Origin: Patescibacteria group bacterium
GTDB lineage: Bacteria > Patescibacteriota > Patescibacteriia > Buchananbacterales > UBA6539
Direction of reading: 5' to 3'
Length of the DNA: 64,000 nt
NCBI GenBank assembly: GCA_028688055.1
Contig: JAQTYZ010000004.1
Span: 33,021 to 97,020, forward strand
Shown here: piece by piece, positions 54,625 through 62,989 of the stretch
Layout: each line of letters opens with the position of its first letter
How positions within the stretch are numbered: position 1 is the stretch's first letter
Program-made: the position numbers and the translations under genes
Notes under the pieces: generated by a model
What the model saw: only the letters and a program-made list of their open reading frames with translations
Told to the model about the DNA's origin: nothing
Databases searched by the model: none

Positions 54625-55362
54625 TTATCTATTCCAATGTACAAAATATTTTTCCGCATGTCTAATAATTTTATTTAACAAAAACCCCAGTAAACCCACC
54701 ACTAAGATATACCCGTACATATCTGGAATTCTGTAGGCAGTATAACTGTCAAAAATTTTCTGACCCAATCCTAACTTTGTTCCAATCGACATCTCTGCCA
54801 CAATAACCAACACTAAGGCTAGAGATAGTCCTGTTCTGAGGCCAGTAAAAATTTCCGGCAAAGCATCATAAAAAGTAATATAGCGAAGACTTTGATAGCT
54901 ATTGGCACCAAAGACTTTACCGACGCTGATCCTAATTTGAGAAGTATGCCAAACACCATGGATAGTGTTAACTAAAATAATCCAAAAAGCAATAAAAGCA
55001 GCAACTGCTATTTTGGATGCATCACCAATACCAAAAAACAATAAAGCTAAGGGGAATAAAGCAGGGGCTGGCAGGGAACGAAAAAAATCAATTACAAACT
55101 CCAACGACCAATATACTTTTTTATAATATCCGATTATAACGCCGAGTGGCACAGCTAAAAAAACAGCGATAAAAAATCCGAGCACGGCCCGATAGCTTGT
55201 CGCCCAAAAATCAGCGCCGTGAAATAAAATAATTTGCTTCAGGGCTATGATAGTCTCACTCAAAGATGGTAAGTAGAGTGGAGTAATTATTTTAAACTTG
55301 GTAAAAAATGTCCAACCCAAAACTAAGCCAAGTGGTCCAATACATTTCCACCAATAAGACAT
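54625..55362 (-). CDS. ABC transporter permease (SsuC/TauC nitrate-sulfonate-bicarbonate family).
   Basis: 245 aa, 6 TM helices, binding-protein-dependent transport signature region. Confidence 0.75.
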   Translation of the reverse strand: MSYWWKCIGPLGLVLGWTFFTKFKIITPLYLPSLSETIIALKQIILFHGADFWATSYRAVLGFFIAVFLAVPLGVIIGYYKKVYWSLEFVIDFFRSLPAPALFPLALLFFGIGDASKIAVAAFIAFWIILVNTIHGVWHTSQIRISVGKVFGANSYQSLRYITFYDALPEIFTGLRTGLSLALVLVIVAEMSIGTKLGLGQKIFDSYTAYRIPDMYGYILVVGLLGFLLNKIIRHAEKYFVHWNR

Positions 55363-55365
55363 AAG

Positions 55366-56346
55366 CTAATAACGATAAAGCCAGTCGGAAACAATTGGCT
55401 TTTTATCTAAAATTTTATACTTAATTTCAATATCAGCTAAACGGTTAACATTATCTAGATTAATATTTTTACTATTGCCATATTTGGGCAGTGGCATATT
55501 CTGAGCAACGGCACTATCTAGCCCTAGATACTTCTGAAAAATTTCCCGAGTTTTTTGTTCATTTTTTTCAATATACCCTATCGCTTTTTCAATCGACTGA
55601 ACAAACTTTTGTGCTTCCCGAGGGTGTTGCTCTATGAATCTCACACTTAAAGCAGCAGCGGCCACCGGAAAAGGATTAATAACATATTTAGCACGGGGGC
55701 TAATAATTAAAGTGGTGCCTAGGCCTTTTTCTACAATATCAGTGGCGGCTGGTTGAATATCTAGGTAAGCAGAAATCTCTGGTTTAGCAAAGGTTAACAC
55801 AAGAAGTGGCGGATCAACTTGAACAAACTCAATTTTTTTTGGATCTAAGCCAAGAGCGCTCAAAACCAATTCACCTTGAGCCTTTGAAGACAAACCTGAA
55901 CGCATAACTACTTTTTTACCTACTAGCTGCTCTGGGGAAGTAATACCGCTATCTTTTTTCACAATCAACTGAGACCAGCCCGTGTCTTGATTTTCTGTCC
56001 AGCCCTCATAAAGCTTAAATATTCCAGGGGATCTATTTTCAAAAGCCAATAACGTTGAGTAAGAGACAGCCGCCGCGACATCAATATCACCTCGAGACAA
56101 AGCTTCCATAACCAGGTTAGTATTAGAAAATTTTTCTAACTGTACGTCTAAACCAGCTTCATCAAAATAACCCATTTCTTTAGCTACAAAAGCAACGTGG
56201 GGTAAAGGATTATATCCTAACTTAACTACCATTTTTTCTGGCTCGCCGCCCGGAGCGTTAAAACTAGGCTTAACAAAAGTAAAAACTGCCGCTGTTAATA
56301 AAACCACTGCCGTTAAACCAAGAATGATTTTTTTACTCATATCCAT
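55366..56346 (-). CDS. ABC transporter substrate-binding protein (NMT1/SsuA/TauA-like).
   Basis: 326 aa with a signal/TM anchor and a periplasmic binding-protein fold pattern. Confidence 0.7.
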   Translation of the reverse strand: MDMSKKIILGLTAVVLLTAAVFTFVKPSFNAPGGEPEKMVVKLGYNPLPHVAFVAKEMGYFDEAGLDVQLEKFSNTNLVMEALSRGDIDVAAAVSYSTLLAFENRSPGIFKLYEGWTENQDTGWSQLIVKKDSGITSPEQLVGKKVVMRSGLSSKAQGELVLSALGLDPKKIEFVQVDPPLLVLTFAKPEISAYLDIQPAATDIVEKGLGTTLIISPRAKYVINPFPVAAAALSVRFIEQHPREAQKFVQSIEKAIGYIEKNEQKTREIFQKYLGLDSAVAQNMPLPKYGNSKNINLDNVNRLADIEIKYKILDKKPIVSDWLYRY

Positions 56347-56363
56347 TTGATTGTTTATTAATT

Positions 56364-57098
56364 TTAATTCACTGTATTTATCGCTTGCATAATATCCTTC
56401 TTTAAATTAATAAAGGATGGGCTATCTATTGAAGCTAGTGTTCTGGGAAAAGGCAGATCATTTTTGAATACTTTTACTACCTTAGTTGGATTGCCAGCTA
56501 ACACTACGATGGTGGTTGAAAAAAATACCGCCTCTTCACCATCATGAGAGACAAAAAATGCTGTCAATTTTTCTTGTTTTAAAATTTCAACACAAATTTT
56601 AAGCATCATCAGACTAGTTTGATAATCAAAAGATGAAAAAGGTTCGTCCAATAAATAGATATCTGGACGAACTATTAAACCTCGCAACAACGCCACTAAT
56701 TGCTGCTGTCCACCGCTTAACTGGTATGGATATGCTTTTGAGTTAATATGAGGAGCAAATTTTTTTAATAATTCTTTGGCCTTAACTCGGCGCGATTGAA
56801 TATCTACTTTTTGTAGGAGCAAGGGAAAGCTTATATTATCTTCAACGGTAAGCCATGGGAGAAGGGATTCTCGATAATTTTGGAAAATATACCCAACTTT
56901 AAATTTATCTTGATGGTTAAACAAAATTTCTCCCTGCTCTGCGGGTTGCACCCCAGCAATCAAATTCAAAAGCGTAGTTTTGCCACAACCGTTGGGACCG
57001 TAGACGCTCACCAGCTCTCCGGTGGGAACTTCCAAATTAAAATTACTAAAAACTTGGTATTTGGAATAAGTTTTATTAATATTTATTAGTTGGATCAT
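56364..57098 (-). CDS. ABC transporter ATP-binding protein (SsuB/TauB-like).
   Basis: Walker A (GPNGCGKTT), LSGGQQQ signature, Walker B (LLDEPFS). Confidence 0.85.
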   Translation of the reverse strand: MIQLININKTYSKYQVFSNFNLEVPTGELVSVYGPNGCGKTTLLNLIAGVQPAEQGEILFNHQDKFKVGYIFQNYRESLLPWLTVEDNISFPLLLQKVDIQSRRVKAKELLKKFAPHINSKAYPYQLSGGQQQLVALLRGLIVRPDIYLLDEPFSSFDYQTSLMMLKICVEILKQEKLTAFFVSHDGEEAVFFSTTIVVLAGNPTKVVKVFKNDLPFPRTLASIDSPSFINLKKDIMQAINTVN

Positions 57099-57216
57099 AA
57101 AATAGCTTAGTACTAAATACTAACACAGTGATTTTAGCTTAACAATAATTCTGGCAAGCTTAAGAATAAAGACTTGATTTATCCTTTATTTACTGGTATT
57201 ATTAAGCTAAATTTTG

Positions 57217-57235
57217 TTGTCAAAAATGTTGACAA
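57217..57235 (+). promoter_or_regulatory. Inverted repeat (candidate operator) overlapping the -35 region of the TrmB-family regulator gene.
   Basis: TTGTCAA aaatg TTGACAA. An ATAATA -10 lies about 6 nt before the ATG at 57247, so the transcript is possibly leaderless. Confidence 0.4.
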
Positions 57236-57246
57236 TATGATAATAT

Positions 57247-57972
57247 ATGCAGCTAGAAACCATATTAAAACAATACGGACTCAATCAAAAGCAAGCCAAG
57301 GTCTACTTGGCTACGTTGGAATTGGGATCTGCCTCGGTCAGTAAAATAGCGGAAAAAGCCAATTTACCTCGTTCAACCACCTACATCACTCTTGAAAACT
57401 TGCAAGAAAAAGGATTAGCCTCTTCATTTAAGAAAAAAAGTATCAAGTGGTTTTCCGCCCAAGACCCGAAAACAGTTATTGATCTAGCTAAACAAAAACT
57501 TAAACTGATAGAAGAAAGTCTACCTCAATTTTTGGCAATTTATGCCACCGCTACTGCAAAACCAGATGTAAGATTTTACCAAGGTAACGAGGGGGTGCAT
57601 TTAATTCTTGAGGAGATATTAGCCGAGGCCAAAGAATTATTATCATTTAGCTCTACAGCCGATTTATTTAAAGCTATCGAAGATTATCCAAACTTTGTTA
57701 AAAGACGAGTTGAGCATAAAATTTCAGTTCGAGTAATAGCCCGGGATTCCGACATAGCTCGAGAACGAAAAAAAACTGGACAATCTCAATTACGACAAAT
57801 GAAACTAATGCCAGCTGATTTTCCTCACCACGGTACAATTTATATTTGGGCCAATAAAGTAGCAATTTTATCTTTTGGGTATAAAACCTCATCACTAGTG
57901 ATTGAAAGTGAAGAGATGATGTTGGTACAAAAATCAATGTTTGAAATGATTTGGGAAGCCTTGCCTAACTAA
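57247..57972 (+). CDS. TrmB-family transcriptional regulator.
   Basis: N-terminal wHTH (KVYLATLELGSASVSKIAEKANLPRSTTYITLENLQEKGL) plus a C-terminal effector domain. Confidence 0.75.
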   Translation: MQLETILKQYGLNQKQAKVYLATLELGSASVSKIAEKANLPRSTTYITLENLQEKGLASSFKKKSIKWFSAQDPKTVIDLAKQKLKLIEESLPQFLAIYATATAKPDVRFYQGNEGVHLILEEILAEAKELLSFSSTADLFKAIEDYPNFVKRRVEHKISVRVIARDSDIARERKKTGQSQLRQMKLMPADFPHHGTIYIWANKVAILSFGYKTSSLVIESEEMMLVQKSMFEMIWEALPN

Positions 57973-58071
57973 TAGCTTACCCACTGATTCAGAAAGCCGT
58001 ACCATTTAAACAATCGCCGCGTCACCACCACCGCGGGACGAGCAGGCGGTTTTTTGGTAAACTTAATAGTA

Positions 58072-58818
58072 ATGAAAAAATTAGGAAAATTTGGAGCGTT
58101 GGTAAAACAATATGAACGGGCCCGGCGGCAATACCCACCCGAAGTTTTTATTTTTTTGAAAAGCAAATTAGCGATTCAAAAACCAGCAATCTTGGATTTG
58201 GGTTGTGGGACAGGGATTTCGACCAGACAATTGGCGCGACTTGGTGCGGTTATCATCGGTTGCGACCCGGACTACCCGATGCTCGTGGCTGCTAAAAAAC
58301 ATCAAAAAATCGGACCAGAAAAATACGTCCTCGGGGCGGCGGAAAAGTTACCTTTTAAGAATTCAACGTTTGATGTCGTCACAGCGTTTGGGGCGTTTCA
58401 CTGGTTTGATGATCGGAAAAGTATTGCCGAAATAAAACGAGTGTTGAAACCGAGTGGCATAATTTTTATCGTCAATAAAAATGGTTTAAAGAGTTGGAGC
58501 GAAGGCTATCGCCAAGCGATCATCAAAACCATCGGCCAAAAAATTGCCAACTTTCAAAAGAATACTTATGACCCAAAACGAAGTTTAGAAAAAAATGGCT
58601 TTAAAAAAATCCAAGTCAGACGCTGGCCAGAAGCAGAATTATACACCTTGGATAGTGTCCTTGAGTTTATCCAATCAGTCTCAATTTGGAACTCCGTACC
58701 GCCGCCCCTGAGAACCAAAGCGCTGGCAGGATTAAAAATATATTTTAAAAAAATGAAACAAAGTAAGGGTAAAATTGAAAGAAAGTTGGCAATAACGGTA
58801 GTTACTGGGATAAAATAA
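58072..58818 (+). CDS. Class I SAM-dependent methyltransferase.
   Basis: LDLGCGTGISTRQLA motif I. Start set at MKKLGKFG. Confidence 0.7.
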   Translation: MKKLGKFGALVKQYERARRQYPPEVFIFLKSKLAIQKPAILDLGCGTGISTRQLARLGAVIIGCDPDYPMLVAAKKHQKIGPEKYVLGAAEKLPFKNSTFDVVTAFGAFHWFDDRKSIAEIKRVLKPSGIIFIVNKNGLKSWSEGYRQAIIKTIGQKIANFQKNTYDPKRSLEKNGFKKIQVRRWPEAELYTLDSVLEFIQSVSIWNSVPPPLRTKALAGLKIYFKKMKQSKGKIERKLAITVVTGIK

Positions 58819-58908
58819 CCCAAAGTTATGCCAATTTCACATCCAATAATTTACCATGACGATTGTTGGATCAATAATACGATGCTTGGCTTTAAACGCC
58901 AAAGACAA

Positions 58909-60189
58909 TTATTGTTTGAATAAAGTATAGAACATGGCCAGCGCCGAGGCGGCCATAAAGATGAACGTTATCCAAACTAAAATTTTTGATGCCTTACCAC
59001 TTTTGTATTTACCCATTATTTTTTTGTTACCAGCAATTTTAGCAATGAGAAAAATTAGTGGTACGGCGGCAACGCCGTTAAATACAGCAGCGAAAATCAA
59101 CGCCTGGATTGGGTTGATACCAATAAAATTTATCATTAAGCCAATGATCGTGGCAATGGTAATGACGCCGTAAAAACCGTGAGCTTTTTTTAGTTTAAGA
59201 TTGAGCCCTTCTTTCATATTAAAAGCTTCTGATACGGCATAAGCCGCCGAGCCAGATAATACCGGGATGCCCAAAAGTCCCAAACCGATGACACCGGTGG
59301 CAAAAATCAGCTTGGCCAAAAAACCGGCATGCGGGAAGGTCTGGACCAATGGTTCCAAGGCCTTAGCGGCATCAGCGGCCGAAGCAACATTAAATATGCC
59401 GTTGGCGTTTAAGACGGTTGCCGCCACCACGATGATTGACCAGGTGGCAAAATTGGAAAACACCATGCCAATTAAATTATCGAGGCGAAGATTTTTAATG
59501 AAGCGATCACTAATTTTTGGGGCTTGATTTTTTTTAATTAAATGTTTGGCCTTTTCTTCTTCCACTTCTTCTGAGGCTTCCCAAAAAAACATATACGGTG
59601 AGATGGTCGTGCCGAGCACGCCGGTGATAATAAAAAAGAAAGCAAAACTTAATTCAAAATGGGGCACAAAAGTCGCTTGGAGAATAGTTAGCCATGGCTG
59701 ACTAATCATAAAAACTGTTATCGGATACGCCAAAAGCGTCAAAGCCAGCCATTTTAATATTCGGGAATAAACTTTATAAGAAGTAAAAATTTCCAGAATT
59801 AAAATTAACGCCGTAAAACCAAGCGTCAAAACCACGAAGTTTAGCGGAATTATTAATTGCGCGGCCGCGGCCAAAGCGCCAATATCCGCGCCAATATTGA
59901 TAGTGTTGGCGGCCAAAACCAATAGCACCACGGCATACAAAATTTTCTTATTATAATTTTCCTTAACCACGGCCGCCAACCCTTTACCGGTCACCGCGCC
60001 GATGCGGGCGCAGGCTTCTTGCGTCGCGGTCATAAAAGGTAAAATTAACAGCGCCACCCACAGTTGGCCGTAGCCGAACTGCGAGCCGGTTTGGGTGTAA
60101 GTGGCGATGCCGGAAGGATCATCATCGGCCGCGCCGGTAATGACGCCCGGTCCAAGAATTTTAAAGAATTTTTTTATTTTTCGTAGCAT
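58909..60189 (-). CDS. mntH: NRAMP-family divalent metal (Mn2+/Fe2+) transporter.
   Basis: GPGVITGAADDDPSGIATYTQTGSQFGY consensus transport motif, 11 TM helices. Confidence 0.85.
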   Translation of the reverse strand: MLRKIKKFFKILGPGVITGAADDDPSGIATYTQTGSQFGYGQLWVALLILPFMTATQEACARIGAVTGKGLAAVVKENYNKKILYAVVLLVLAANTINIGADIGALAAAAQLIIPLNFVVLTLGFTALILILEIFTSYKVYSRILKWLALTLLAYPITVFMISQPWLTILQATFVPHFELSFAFFFIITGVLGTTISPYMFFWEASEEVEEEKAKHLIKKNQAPKISDRFIKNLRLDNLIGMVFSNFATWSIIVVAATVLNANGIFNVASAADAAKALEPLVQTFPHAGFLAKLIFATGVIGLGLLGIPVLSGSAAYAVSEAFNMKEGLNLKLKKAHGFYGVITIATIIGLMINFIGINPIQALIFAAVFNGVAAVPLIFLIAKIAGNKKIMGKYKSGKASKILVWITFIFMAASALAMFYTLFKQ

Positions 60190-60409
60190 AGTTTTTAATA
60201 GCTAGTACTTAATTAATTTAAAAGTTATCATTCGTAATCCTAATACCCATTATACTACATAATGGGACAGCACGACTAACATCGCCACCAAAACGACTTT
60301 TTGGTATCATTAGTATAATTATGCAGACAAAAAATCACTACCATATCCCAATTAATTTAAAACAAGTAACCAACATTGAGATTACAAATCAGCATCGCAT
60401 CAAGGCGAT

Positions 60410-60760
60410 TTGCAATACTCAATTGATTATGATGCACCGGCAGGAACAGCGGTTACAGCGGCACTAGACGGTTTAGTGATCGCCGTCAAAATTGATTCTA
60501 AAATCGGTGGCCTCAATCGAGCGTTTGAAAATCACGGCAACTACATTGAAATTCTGCATCGTAACAACGAAGTCTCAGAATATGAGCATTTAAAATTTGG
60601 CTCGGCCAAAGTGAAGGTCGGCGATAAAATCAAAACCAATCAAATAATCGCTGAAGTTGGCAATACGGGCTGGAGCGCCTGTCCGCATCTTCATTTTATG
60701 GTTTACCCCAATCAGCAAAAATATAAAACCCGAAAAATAATTTTTACTGAGAAAAAATAG
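60410..60760 (+). CDS. M23 (LytM-type) metallopeptidase catalytic domain only, possibly a gene remnant.
   Basis: Apparent TTG start with no upstream ATG (in-frame TGA at 60377). SIDYDAPAGTAVTA and HLHF motifs are present. There is no signal peptide or N-terminal region. Confidence 0.45.
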   Translation: MQYSIDYDAPAGTAVTAALDGLVIAVKIDSKIGGLNRAFENHGNYIEILHRNNEVSEYEHLKFGSAKVKVGDKIKTNQIIAEVGNTGWSACPHLHFMVYPNQQKYKTRKIIFTEKK

Positions 60761-60901
60761 CTAACCACCCCTGAAAAAAATTGCCACTTGCGCAAAAAAA
60801 TTATGTCTATTTTTCGAGCGCAAAATATCCCTCACTAAAAAACTGGTAAAACTTTAGTGGAAACAAAAAACGCCGTAACGATCCGGCGTTTTTTATAAAC
60901 T

Positions 60902-61846
60902 TTATTTAGTTGCAGCTAGCAGCGCCGTTCGCGTCTGAGGGCCAGTTTGACCATAACCCGTCGTTGCCTCACTACCCTGGCAAACAATATTCTTTTCACA
61001 CTGGAAGCGCTGCACCGCGGCGCGCGTCAGCGAACCAAAATATTCGGTTTCGTTACCCACCGCGCCCGGACCGGATTTGGCAATAATAAAGCCAGATTTA
61101 TTTAATAGTTGCTGTAAAATTTTAACCTGTGAGTTGGTATCGCCAAGCTTTAAATTTAACGTTAACAAATTACTGGAAGCCACCGGCGCCGAACCCTTAA
61201 CACACCCAGCCCAAGGTCGAGTTCCCAACTGACCATATAAATATTTGGCATAGGCCATATTGCCATCAAGCGTATAAATATCCATCCCTAAACTTTTCGC
61301 AAAATCAGCGTGAACCTTGGCCGCAATTTGAAAAACCCCGATATATAAGCCATGACCAAGCAGGGGCGTCCCGTCGTTATTGTACTGACGAAATCCGGAT
61401 TCACATTTGGCAACGGTAATCATCACTGGCGTCTCAATAAAATAAGCACGCACTTTAGCTTCCGTTTCAGCCAAGGTCGGCAGTGCTGGCGTTGAGGTGA
61501 CCATTGGATCACCAATTAAATATTTGGTTAGGGCCTCATCAGTAACAGTAACAATGTTGCCCCATTTAAAATCCAAGGCCTTAAAGGTTACCTCATCTGG
61601 TATCCAGCGCAGCATATTATTTTCCGACAACACATAAACTTCGGTGCCACTACCCTTGACTAAATCGCCGCTTTTCAAGGTTGCCAATTTTAGGTCAAAA
61701 GGTAATGACGTAGTAGCCGTGGTAGTAACGTCAGCGGTGACTAATTGCGGCCATAAAATCGGCCCTAAAAAAATCGCACTTATTACCGCGCCCTGAATAA
61801 TAACGTTAAATTTATAAAAAATATTTTTTTTATTAGCCATCTCCAA
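60902..61846 (-). CDS. Secreted cell-wall hydrolase: Rpf-like transglycosylase domain plus a C-terminal peptidoglycan-binding (PG_binding_1) domain.
   Basis: Signal peptide, then AKCESGFRQYNNDGTPLLGHGLYIGVFQI (Rpf/SLT-like catalytic Glu context). The C-terminal LGDTNSQVKILQQLLNKSGF ... AVQRFQ matches the PG-binding repeat. Confidence 0.65.
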   Translation of the reverse strand: MEMANKKNIFYKFNVIIQGAVISAIFLGPILWPQLVTADVTTTATTSLPFDLKLATLKSGDLVKGSGTEVYVLSENNMLRWIPDEVTFKALDFKWGNIVTVTDEALTKYLIGDPMVTSTPALPTLAETEAKVRAYFIETPVMITVAKCESGFRQYNNDGTPLLGHGLYIGVFQIAAKVHADFAKSLGMDIYTLDGNMAYAKYLYGQLGTRPWAGCVKGSAPVASSNLLTLNLKLGDTNSQVKILQQLLNKSGFIIAKSGPGAVGNETEYFGSLTRAAVQRFQCEKNIVCQGSEATTGYGQTGPQTRTALLAATK

Positions 61847-61958
61847 AGCGAAATTAATTAAATATTTTAGAACTATATTCTACCACAATCAGGTCCGAGC
61901 AACAAATTGTAAAAATCGTCGAGTCGACGATTTTTTGGTATAGTTATTATATCATCAT

Positions 61959-62153
61959 ATGAATGGAAATATACGTCATCATCTTAAAGCCGGGCTGGAA
62001 GTTGAGATTGTCTTGAAAGAAGATCAGTCTTCGGGCAAACTAACGCGCGGCGTGGTGGCCGATATTTTAACTAACTCTGAACAGCACCCGCACGGTATTA
62101 AAGTTCGGCTCGTTTCCGGCCAAGTCGGCCGCGTCCAAAATATCATCGCTTGA
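61959..62153 (+). CDS. YwbE-family small protein (TIGR03833-like).
   Basis: 64 aa. GLEVEIVLKEDQSSGKLTRGVVADILTNSEQHPHGIKVRLVSGQVGRVQNI. Confidence 0.7.
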   Translation: MNGNIRHHLKAGLEVEIVLKEDQSSGKLTRGVVADILTNSEQHPHGIKVRLVSGQVGRVQNIIA

Positions 62154-62154
62154 T

Positions 62155-62424
62155 ATGTACTATTTATACATTTTAAAATGCGCCGACCAAACGCTCTACA
62201 GTGGTATCACCACCCATCTGGCGCGACGACTCAACGAACATAATTCATCAAAACTTGGCGCCAAATATACCCTGAGCCGCCGACCAGTTAAACTCGTTTA
62301 TTCGAAAAAATATCGCAACCGGTCGACCGCGACGCAAGCCGAACTAAAAATCAAAAAACTGTCACGTCGGGGAAAAATCGAACTGATGAAAACAGCAAAG
62401 AATATTCAATTTCCCAAGACATAG
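62155..62424 (+). CDS. GIY-YIG nuclease superfamily protein (UPF0213/YhbQ-like).
   Basis: MYYLYILKCADQTLYSGITTHLARRLNEHN. Confidence 0.8.
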   Translation: MYYLYILKCADQTLYSGITTHLARRLNEHNSSKLGAKYTLSRRPVKLVYSKKYRNRSTATQAELKIKKLSRRGKIELMKTAKNIQFPKT

Positions 62425-62508
62425 CCAAATAATTATCAAAAAACCCTTGAATCATATCACTTAGTGTGCTATATTAAGCAATATCAAAATTATACTGAAG
62501 CAAATTAT

Positions 62509-62976
62509 ATGGAAGAAAAAAAATTTTACGTCAAGGACTTTATGTCCACTCGACAAATTTCAATTAAAAAAACAGCTACCCTAAAAGAAGCCGTAGCCGT
62601 AATGATTACCGAGAAGACCAATGGTTTAGTCGTAACTAATGGTGAAAATAATATTGCTGGTATTATCTCAAGTTGGGACATTGTTAAGCACGTCGTACCA
62701 GATTATTTGGAAAATGAAGATCATCTTTCCTCATTTGAGGCCGAAGCGGTATTTACTTCACGCGTCAATGAAGTGGCCAATGACTCAATTGAAAATTTTA
62801 TGACTAAAAATGTCCATACAGCTCATCCCTCAGACACTTTGATGGAAGCCGCCGCTATTTTAGCCGAACATGGCATTCGACAATTGCCGGTCATTGATGA
62901 AAATAAAAAATATATTGGCTACATTAATCGAACCGATATCAAGCGCGCCATCGGCGATATTTTAAATATTAATTAA
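62509..62976 (+). CDS. CBS-domain pair protein.
   Basis: Two CBS motifs (FMSTRQISIKKTATLKEAVAVMI ... ; FMTKNVHTAHPSDTLMEAAAILAEHGIRQLPVID). Confidence 0.75.
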   Translation: MEEKKFYVKDFMSTRQISIKKTATLKEAVAVMITEKTNGLVVTNGENNIAGIISSWDIVKHVVPDYLENEDHLSSFEAEAVFTSRVNEVANDSIENFMTKNVHTAHPSDTLMEAAAILAEHGIRQLPVIDENKKYIGYINRTDIKRAIGDILNIN

Positions 62977-62989
62977 AACAAAAAAAGTA

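Noticed and set aside
60190-60409. Mn2+ (yybP-ykoY) riboswitch expected upstream of the Nramp/mntH gene.
   Set aside because: The leader has a hairpin (CCCATTAT..ATAATGGG), but none of the conserved yybP-ykoY core sequences could be recognised by eye. An Rfam scan would be needed.
61880-61910. SRP (4.5S) RNA-like motif ATCAGGTCCGAGC.
   Set aside because: It lacks the conserved GGAAGGAAGCAGC domain IV sequence. The surrounding sequence forms a simple palindromic hairpin (AATCGTCGAGTCGACGATT) followed by a T-run between divergent genes.
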